Source: Candidatus Eiseniibacteriota bacterium
GTDB lineage: Bacteria > Eisenbacteria > RBG-16-71-46 > CAZAMP01
Assembly: GCA_965224245.1 (NCBI GenBank)
Contig: OZ245046.1
Location: 1,088,001-1,152,000 of the forward strand
Length of the DNA stretch: 64,000 bases
Reading direction: 5' to 3'
In this document: piece after piece, positions 57,160 to 64,000 of the stretch
How the letters are laid out: each line of letters starts with the position of its first letter
Numbering within the stretch: position 1 is the first letter of the stretch
The notes under the pieces: model-generated
The model's database searches: none
The model's input: only the letters and a program-made list of their open reading frames with translations
Told to the model about the DNA's origin: nothing
Translations under genes and position numbers: made by a program

Positions 57160-60100
57160 GCCGGCGTCTCCTCGTCGGAGGTGTCGGCCGGCGGGTCGGC
57201 CGCGCGCTCGATCGCCGGGTCGGACGGCACGTGCGCCATCGCGCTCGCCATGAGGTTGGCGGCCAGCCGGTCGGCCAGCTCGAGCTCGACGTCGGTCCGG
57301 AGCGCGGCCAGCTTCGCCTCGTACTCGGTGCGCAGCGTGTCGAGCGCCTGCGCGTGACGCTCCGCATCGGCCCGGCGGACCTCGTCGGCCGTGCGATCGG
57401 CCACGGCGGTGATCAGGCCGGCTCGCTCGGTGAGGATCGCGCCGGCGCGATCGGGATCGGGGTTGCCGTCGAGAGACAGGCGCGTCCCGTCGGCCCCGGG
57501 TCGAAACACGTACAGCGGTACGTCGCCCCGGGACACGGCGCCGCGGGCCTCGTCGAGGACGGTGTCGATCGTGACGTCGCCGTCCGGTACCGGGGCCAGC
57601 ACGCGAACGACGCCGGATCCGCCGCCGGCGAGCACCGAGCGGATGCCGGCGACGAGGTGATCGGCATGCGCGATCGTGGACTGCACGACGGTCGCGCCAC
57701 CCAGCGCCAGCAGCGCCAGGCCCGGGTCGTGTCCGGTGTCGGGTGCCTGACGACCGAGGAGCAGGACCAGCACCGGCGTGTCGGTGCGCACGAGCGCGAG
57801 GAGATCGCCCCACGTGCCGGGGGACATCTCGTCCTCGTCGGCGAGGAGGACGAGCGGCGCCAGGGCACGGCGATCCTCGTCGGACAGCTTCTCCAGCGGG
57901 TCCTCGGGACCGGCGCTCGGGCGTGCGGTGGCCAGCGTCTCGGCCCGGTGCACGGTCCGCGCGTCGTCGAGGGCCGCGCGAGCACGCGCCGACGCCAGCC
58001 CTGCCACGAGCGGGATGCTCGTGCCCGTCATGTCGACGACCACCGGCTGGGGAAACGGGTTGATCGGGAAGCGCGTCATCGAGGCGAAGCGAGGGCTGGA
58101 TGCCACCACCAGGCCGGCCCGCGCGCGGCCCAGTCCGGTGGGAGCGGTCTCGAGTCGCCACCGAAGGTCGGCCAGGTCCCGTGCGGTGGTGACCAGCCGC
58201 TGGATCACACCGGCGTCGAGCCTCCCCGCGCTGGAGGCGCCTTCGATGCTCGCGGCCAGCTTGGAGATCGTCAGCTCGGCGTCGGCGAACGCCGCCACGC
58301 CGTCCTCGAGCGCGGCCAGGTCGTCGGTGGGCAACGCGTCGGCGAGCGTTCCCCGGAGTCGTGTGCCGAGCGCGTCCTCCATCGAGCGGATGCGGCTCAC
58401 GAGATCGCGAACGGCGGGCTGGACCTGCGACTCGATCGCGCCCAGTACGAGCCGCAGCGCGATCCGCGCCGAGGCGGACGCCTCGTCGGTCGACCCCGGA
58501 CCGAACGCGCGCAGGCAGTGTCGGGTCAGGAACGTCCCCGCGGCCTCACCGACGTCGTCGCGCTCGCGCGCGGCCGCGATGGTCGCGCCGCTCGTGTCGG
58601 GCAGCCACTCCCATCGGGACCAGGCGCGCGCGAGGGCATCCTGCGCGGACGGCCCGGCCTCGGGGCCCGGAGCGACCAGCGCATCCTCGGGACACTCCGC
58701 GATGCACAGCCCGCAGCCCGTACACGCGCCGGGGTCGATCGCGAGCGTGAGGAGCTCTCCGGCTCCGGGCGCACGCGCGTCCGGGTCATCAAAGAACGCC
58801 CGCGTCCGCGCGATCGGCAGGTCTCCGACCTCGGCCAGAAGCGCCTCGAACGCCCCGACCAGCGCATCCCGCCGCTCGGCGCTCGGGGCCATCTTCTCCA
58901 CGAGCCACCCGAACGCGCCGGCCAGCGCTGGACCGAACGTGCCGGCGGCCTCGCGTCCGGATCTGTTCGTGTCGGACGTCTCGGCCGGCTGCCCGGTCGT
59001 GCCGCCCGCGTCGATCGCGCGATGGGTCCGATCGGCGAGCTTGCCGAGAACCGGCTGCAGAACGCTGACGTCGTGGCCGCGCGCGGCCAGCCGCGCGATC
59101 GCCGCGTCGAGGATCCGTCGGACACCGAGGGCGACCGGACCGATGGCGCCCTCGGGACAGGCGATCCAGCAGATGCCGCACCCGGTACACGCGGTCGGGA
59201 CGAACCGGGGCACGTCCTCCGGCGGCGTGCCACCGGCCACCAGCGCACCCGAGAGTGCCGGGATCGTGCCCGCCGCCAGATGGGGATCGGGCGACAGCGT
59301 CACGCCGCGCTGCTCGGCGATCGGCAGACCCACCTCGCCCCAGAAGCGGGGCAGGCTGTCGTGGTAATCGTCGGTCCGCCGCATCGCCGCGAGGGAGTAC
59401 GGCCGCTCCGATCGGACCGCCGTTCGTGGCGGGACCGTCACCGGCCCGGATCCGGTCGCGTCGGGCGTCCCGACGATCGCGCGGGCGGCCGCATCGGGAT
59501 GATCGCCGAGAACGCGCTCGACCAGAATCCGCCGCTTCGGGTCGGTGGACGCGTCGACGCCGAACGACACGCCCAGGTAGAGAGGTCCATCGGGCAGGCT
59601 GTCGGCCCGACACAGCGCGGCCACGTCCTCGAGGCGCACGGGACGTCCCCCGAGCCCGACGTAGACCGACCGAATGGTGGGGATCGGTCTGCGTCCGCGG
59701 GAGAGCGTTCGCGATGGAGCGCTCTCGAGTGCGCGCACGAAGGCGTCGAGGATCTCGCGGGTGAGCGGTCCCGGTCCCGTGCGGGTCGGCGCCGCCTGCT
59801 CCAGCACGCAGACCTCGTTCGCGTCGCGAAGCGCGTCGGCCAGGTCGGGAAGCGGCGAGAGGCTCTTCAGCGCCAGCACGTGGGCCCGGTTCTCGCGTGC
59901 CGCCGCCACGACGGTGTCGGTGGCGTCACCGAGCACGATGAGCGTCCGGCGCGCACGGCGAACGCGCTCGGTCCGGACGAGGCTCGGCGCCCATCCCATC
60001 GCCCCGGTCAGGTGATCCCGCGCGCGCTCGACGAGCGACGCCAGTGGCGCGAGCTGGAAGAGATCCCGTCCGACCGCGCCCAGTGCCCACGTCTCGGCGT

Positions 60101-60776
60101 CGTAGGTGGGTCCGACGAGCACCGGTCGGTCGGGATCGAACCATCTCGGAACCCGCCGTCGCGTCGCACCGAGGGTCATCCTCTGCGCCGGCGTGGGCGC
60201 ACCGACGGCGTCGGCGGGTGTCCCGGCCAGCTCGCGCACCAGCGCCGGCGTGGGCACGCGAACGTCCGCCGTCCGGTGGGCGGTCGTCTCGTCCATGGCC
60301 ACCACGACCGGGACGAGCGCCGACTCGGCCACGATCAGTCCCAGGAGTGCGAGATCGACCGCGTCCTGAGGGTCGGCCGCGGAGAACACGATCGCGCCCG
60401 CGTCCGCGGCCAGATGCGCCGCCTCGTGTCCGGTACCCGTGGCGGCTCCGTGCGCGGCGAGCGCCCGGTTCTCGAGCACGATCAGAAGCGGCAGCGACCG
60501 ACCCGCGGCCACGCGCAGGAGATCGATCGAGGCCGCGAGCTCGCCGGCTCCGACCCCGACCGCGACCCGGTCGCCGGCGAGGGCTCGACCGATCGCGCGC
60601 GCGAACGTCGACTCGCCGGTCGCGGCGGTGTGCGCACCGTCACGCTCGACGGCGACGTCGGCGCGATCCAGGAACGTGTCCACCGCGCCCCGGCCGTCGA
60701 GCGACTCCTCGCTCCACTGGGCCCGGGGGCGCGACCGGGTCTCGGGCGTGTCGCGGCGCCCACGTCCGAAGCTCAT
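57156..60776 (-). CDS. Degenerate pyruvate:ferredoxin oxidoreductase-like protein with two 4Fe-4S motifs
   Basis: PFOR-like traces ('LDGRGAV', 'NRALAAHG', 'PQDAVDLAL', 'GLGGR'); intact CTGCGIC..ACP and CTGCGLC..ECP; no YPITP, no CxGC, no GDG TPP motif. Confidence 0.75.
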   Translation of the reverse strand: MSFGRGRRDTPETRSRPRAQWSEESLDGRGAVDTFLDRADVAVERDGAHTAATGESTFARAIGRALAGDRVAVGVGAGELAASIDLLRVAAGRSLPLLIVLENRALAAHGAATGTGHEAAHLAADAGAIVFSAADPQDAVDLALLGLIVAESALVPVVVAMDETTAHRTADVRVPTPALVRELAGTPADAVGAPTPAQRMTLGATRRRVPRWFDPDRPVLVGPTYDAETWALGAVGRDLFQLAPLASLVERARDHLTGAMGWAPSLVRTERVRRARRTLIVLGDATDTVVAAARENRAHVLALKSLSPLPDLADALRDANEVCVLEQAAPTRTGPGPLTREILDAFVRALESAPSRTLSRGRRPIPTIRSVYVGLGGRPVRLEDVAALCRADSLPDGPLYLGVSFGVDASTDPKRRILVERVLGDHPDAAARAIVGTPDATGSGPVTVPPRTAVRSERPYSLAAMRRTDDYHDSLPRFWGEVGLPIAEQRGVTLSPDPHLAAGTIPALSGALVAGGTPPEDVPRFVPTACTGCGICWIACPEGAIGPVALGVRRILDAAIARLAARGHDVSVLQPVLGKLADRTHRAIDAGGTTGQPAETSDTNRSGREAAGTFGPALAGAFGWLVEKMAPSAERRDALVGAFEALLAEVGDLPIARTRAFFDDPDARAPGAGELLTLAIDPGACTGCGLCIAECPEDALVAPGPEAGPSAQDALARAWSRWEWLPDTSGATIAAARERDDVGEAAGTFLTRHCLRAFGPGSTDEASASARIALRLVLGAIESQVQPAVRDLVSRIRSMEDALGTRLRGTLADALPTDDLAALEDGVAAFADAELTISKLAASIEGASSAGRLDAGVIQRLVTTARDLADLRWRLETAPTGLGRARAGLVVASSPRFASMTRFPINPFPQPVVVDMTGTSIPLVAGLASARARAALDDARTVHRAETLATARPSAGPEDPLEKLSDEDRRALAPLVLLADEDEMSPGTWGDLLALVRTDTPVLVLLLGRQAPDTGHDPGLALLALGGATVVQSTIAHADHLVAGIRSVLAGGGSGVVRVLAPVPDGDVTIDTVLDEARGAVSRGDVPLYVFRPGADGTRLSLDGNPDPDRAGAILTERAGLITAVADRTADEVRRADAERHAQALDTLRTEYEAKLAALRTDVELELADRLAANLMASAMAHVPSDPAIERAADPPADTSDEETPA

Positions 60777-61621
60777 GCGTCACCTCGTCTGTGCAAAGGG
60801 ACCGGCTCGTCGTCGAACTGATCGCCGGGCACCCAGCGGATCGCGCCGGTCGGACAGCGAAACGTGGCCGCGGGGCCGATGACCTCGGACCGGACGTAGT
60901 CCACGATCGGCAGACCGTCTCGCATGACGATGGCGCCCGACGGCGCATCCTGGGCACACCGCCCGCACGCGTCGCACGCCACGCGGCACAGGGCGACCGC
61001 GTCCTCGCCGGCGAGCGGGATGCTGCATTGCACGAGCACGGGCTGATCGACCGGAAGCAGCTCGAACAGATCGCGCGGACACTCGACGACGCAGTCGTTG
61101 CACGCCGTGCAGCGCTCGACGCTGACCACCGGCAGGCCGTTGGCGTTCATCCGGATCGCGTCGAAGGTGCACACGCGCTCGCAGTCCCCGAGCCCGAGAC
61201 ATCCCCAGGCGCAGCCCTTGCCGCCACCGGAGACGAGCGACGCGGCCCGGCACGACTCGTACCCCTCGTACGCGGCGATCTGGGTGGCCTGGGCGCGTCC
61301 GCCGGCGCAGTGGAGCCGGGCGACCCGCTTCACCTGGGTGCCGGCCTCGACCCCGAGAAACTCGGCGATCGCCGCGACGGCGTCCGGGCTGGAGACGGTG
61401 CACGAGCTGGGCTGAACGGCACCGGCCACCAGGCGCGTCGCGAACGCCTGACAGCCCGGCTCGCCGCACGCGCCGCAGTTCGTGCCCGGCAGCATCTGCT
61501 CGACCGCCTCGAGGCGCGGGTCCTCCTCGACCTTCAGGTAGCGGTAGGCGACGGCCAGAATGGTGCCGAACACGAGGCCCAGCCCCGTCATGATCGTCGC
61601 CGCGATCAGCACGCTGCCCAT
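60773..61621 (-). CDS. rnfB: Rnf complex subunit B
   Basis: N-terminal TM; 'LPGTNCGACGEPGC', 'GCLGLGDC..VC.FDAI', 'CTACNDC..ECP', 'CDACGRC'. Confidence 0.93.
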   Translation of the reverse strand: MGSVLIAATIMTGLGLVFGTILAVAYRYLKVEEDPRLEAVEQMLPGTNCGACGEPGCQAFATRLVAGAVQPSSCTVSSPDAVAAIAEFLGVEAGTQVKRVARLHCAGGRAQATQIAAYEGYESCRAASLVSGGGKGCAWGCLGLGDCERVCTFDAIRMNANGLPVVSVERCTACNDCVVECPRDLFELLPVDQPVLVQCSIPLAGEDAVALCRVACDACGRCAQDAPSGAIVMRDGLPIVDYVRSEVIGPAATFRCPTGAIRWVPGDQFDDEPVPLHRRGDA

Positions 61622-61629
61622 CGTCCGCC

Positions 61630-63999
61630 TCACTGATTGAACGGGGCCGCCCGCGCGACGAGCTCCTCGAGCCCCGGCTCGTCGGGATTCACCGGCTGAC
61701 CCGGGTGAATGCACCGCGCCGGGCACTTCTCGGCGGCCTGCACGAGCTGCGAGTACGTTCCCGCGTGGATGTCGCCGATGTGCGCCTGCTTGTTCTGGTC
61801 GTACACGAAGAGCTTCGGATTGATCGCCGTGCAATCGTTGCAGCTCGTGCAGAGGGGCGTGTTGATCCACGCCTCCTCGAAGACGAGCGCGTCGTCGTCC
61901 TCGTCCGCCTCGCTCTCGCCGGCAGCGGATGCGTCGGCCGGGGTCGCTCCGGCATCGACCGCGTCCGGAGCAGCCGGCGGCGCGCTGTCGGGCGCCGGCG
62001 GCGCGGCGGCGCCGGGAGACCCGACAGGCGGCGGAGCCGTAGTGGACGCCGCAGTGATGGACCCGGTCGCGAGCCCGCCGGGGTCGAGGCCGAGCAGCAT
62101 GCGGGCCAGGCCCTGCATGGCCAGGCCCGCGGCGTCACGGCGCACGCGGTCGAGATCCGAGGCGTGCTCGCGCTCGAGACGGGCGCGGTCCGCGGCGGCG
62201 ACCGCCTCGGCCTCGGTCCGGGCGCGAGCGGCCGCGGACTCCGCGTACGCGTTGTGTATCCCGCCGAACTCCTGCAGCGTCCGCCAGAAGTCGTGCCGGG
62301 CGCGTGCCTCCAGCGCCAGCTCGCGCGTGACCGCCAGACGCACCGTGCGCCCCTCGGCGTCGGCGGCGATCACGAACGGAACGCCGCTCGGGGCCTCGTC
62401 GGGCGCCTCGTTCAGATGCTCGGCCAGGGGGACCAGCGCGTCGTCGGGAACGGCGTCGGGGATGACGGCGAACGCTCCGGCGAAGCGGGACTCCAGGAGG
62501 GCGTAGTCGGCGAACGTGAACGCGAGCGAGAGGTCCTCGTGGTCCGGCATCGAGTAGGTGGGCCAGTCCATCTCGGGCTCGGGATTGCCGCCCAGGTCGA
62601 ACCGCTCGGCCCACGTCTCGCCTCCGGTCGGATCGTAGCGGAAGACCGGATGCGCACGCCCCTCCAATGCGCTGGCCGCGTGCAGCCAGACGCCAAGCGG
62701 CGGCGTGTCGAGCCCCGTGCCGGGGTCGACGACGTGGACGGCCGGCGCGGCGCTCCGGATGGCGTCGCGGAAGCCCTCGCACATCGATACCGGGCTGGCG
62801 ATCGAGCACTGATGGACGAAGACGTCCCGGTGGGCGATGGCCATGTATCCGAGGTCGAGCCGGGACTCGGTACCCGCGTCGTCACCGGGATGCGCGGCCG
62901 GTGCGACCGTCGTCATCACGTGGATCGGTCGCGACGATCGCAAGGCTCGCGAGTAGCTGGCCAGCCGATCCCCGGCCAGACGCCAGGCGGTCTCCAGCGC
63001 GACCACCGGTGGCACGAGGCGGCGCTCGTCGGCGGAGAAACGGCGCCACCCGAAGGCATCGAGCCACGCATCGTGCTGCTCGGGGCGATAGCGGTGCGCG
63101 ACCTCCAGCTCGGCGATCCGGGCCGCCACGAACACCTCGGCGACACGCGCCGCCCATCGATCGAACTCGGTCTCGGCCGCGGTCAGAGGCTCGTCGGACC
63201 GCACCCATTCCACACCGAGCTCGGCGGGGAGCCCTTCGGGCTCGCCGCTCTCGTACACGATCACGAGCGAGGACCTGCCGGACCGGGAGAGGTGCGTCTC
63301 GAGCGTGGAGAGCGCGAGCTCGACCCGCGTGCGCTCGACGGGGTCCATCCGCTGGCTACCGCGCCACTGCCCGAGGGTCTCGGAGAACGCGGCGGGGTTC
63401 ACGTACTGTGCAGCACCCCCGATCGCGCCGGCAATCGCATCGCCCTCGCGATGCTCGGCGTCCTTGGCTCGTTCCACCTCGACGATGGACGTGAGCTTGA
63501 CCACCAGCTCGCGCGCGCGCGCGTCGAATCTCGCCCACCGCACCCGCTGCTCGTGCGCGGCGACGATCACGAACGCGCGCAACGCGGCATCGGCGTCCAG
63601 GTCCAGGAACCACCCCGACTCCGGCCACGCGGCCCGCAGCGTGCGATAGTCGGCGTCCAGCGAGGAGTCGTGCGGCTCGGTGAGCCCCAGCTCGGAGCGC
63701 AGCGCCGTGCCGGCTTCGTCGAAGAGCGTGGAGGCGTCGACGAGTCCGGCGCTCCGGCTCGCGCGCCTCCGGATGGCGCGTTCGAGTCGGAGGCGGTTGT
63801 CGTGGAGGACGCGCGCGTTCTCGGCGGAGAGGCCCGCGCGGTCGAGCCCGTCGTCGATCAGGGCCGCTACCGGGACCGCATCGACGTCGGGACCATCGCC
63901 GTCGGCCAGGAAGATCGGAAAGTCGTGTCGCACCGCGTCCGGCTGGCGCATCCCGCTCAAGAGGGCCGGATACGTTCCATCGGCCGGAGCGGTCAGGAC
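61630..63999 (-). CDS. PFOR C-terminal-like degenerate protein with terminal ferredoxin domain; 5' end lies beyond the window
   Basis: 'ALEGRAHPVFRYDP...NPEP..DW', 'FTFADYA', 'WRTLQE.GG'; terminal 'CTSCNDC...AAEKCPARCIHPG'; frame stays open to the window edge. Confidence 0.7.
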   Translation of the reverse strand, partial: VLTAPADGTYPALLSGMRQPDAVRHDFPIFLADGDGPDVDAVPVAALIDDGLDRAGLSAENARVLHDNRLRLERAIRRRASRSAGLVDASTLFDEAGTALRSELGLTEPHDSSLDADYRTLRAAWPESGWFLDLDADAALRAFVIVAAHEQRVRWARFDARARELVVKLTSIVEVERAKDAEHREGDAIAGAIGGAAQYVNPAAFSETLGQWRGSQRMDPVERTRVELALSTLETHLSRSGRSSLVIVYESGEPEGLPAELGVEWVRSDEPLTAAETEFDRWAARVAEVFVAARIAELEVAHRYRPEQHDAWLDAFGWRRFSADERRLVPPVVALETAWRLAGDRLASYSRALRSSRPIHVMTTVAPAAHPGDDAGTESRLDLGYMAIAHRDVFVHQCSIASPVSMCEGFRDAIRSAAPAVHVVDPGTGLDTPPLGVWLHAASALEGRAHPVFRYDPTGGETWAERFDLGGNPEPEMDWPTYSMPDHEDLSLAFTFADYALLESRFAGAFAVIPDAVPDDALVPLAEHLNEAPDEAPSGVPFVIAADAEGRTVRLAVTRELALEARARHDFWRTLQEFGGIHNAYAESAAARARTEAEAVAAADRARLEREHASDLDRVRRDAAGLAMQGLARMLLGLDPGGLATGSITAASTTAPPPVGSPGAAAPPAPDSAPPAAPDAVDAGATPADASAAGESEADEDDDALVFEEAWINTPLCTSCNDCTAINPKLFVYDQNKQAHIGDIHAGTYSQLVQAAEKCPARCIHPGQPVNPDEPGLEELVARAAPFNQ

Positions 64000-64000
64000 G

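Overview
This is a gene-dense, very GC-rich bacterial window with no rRNA, tRNA, CRISPR array or recognisable mobile element. Eight predicted secreted proteins end in a FlgD-Ig/T9SS-like C-terminal domain and two end in a short (T/S)W(S/G)xL(K/R)S tail. From my recollection, that repertoire suggests an FCB-related candidate phylum (Eisenbacteria/Krumholzibacteriota/Latescibacterota-like); this is inference only. The left half holds exported repeat and enzyme proteins, including two paralogous FG-GAP + S11 DD-peptidase fusions, an ECF sigma factor, two Ser/Thr kinase-TPR genes and a broken CDF transporter. The main hidden signal is two genes the ORF track splits or misses because of an in-frame TGA followed by a SECIS-like hairpin: a DCC1/DUF393-like oxidoreductase with a UxxC motif (23180-23659, +) and a 62-codon membrane peptide ...GVPT-U-ASPGSAC (26616-26804, -). 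The two candidate selenoproteins bracket an Fe-S/TPR membrane protein and a Cys-rich secreted protein. The right half encodes a SWIM-SNF2 helicase, a 19-heme cytochrome c/cytochrome b fusion with an octaheme/NrfC-like/NrfD-like module, and a polyamine operon (speD-like, acidic peptide, DHS-like) preceded by a structured leader that can pair with the Shine-Dalgarno. It ends with an rnf operon interleaved with two catalytically degenerate PFOR-like ferredoxin proteins. All calls come from reading motifs by eye; no database search or folding computation was run.
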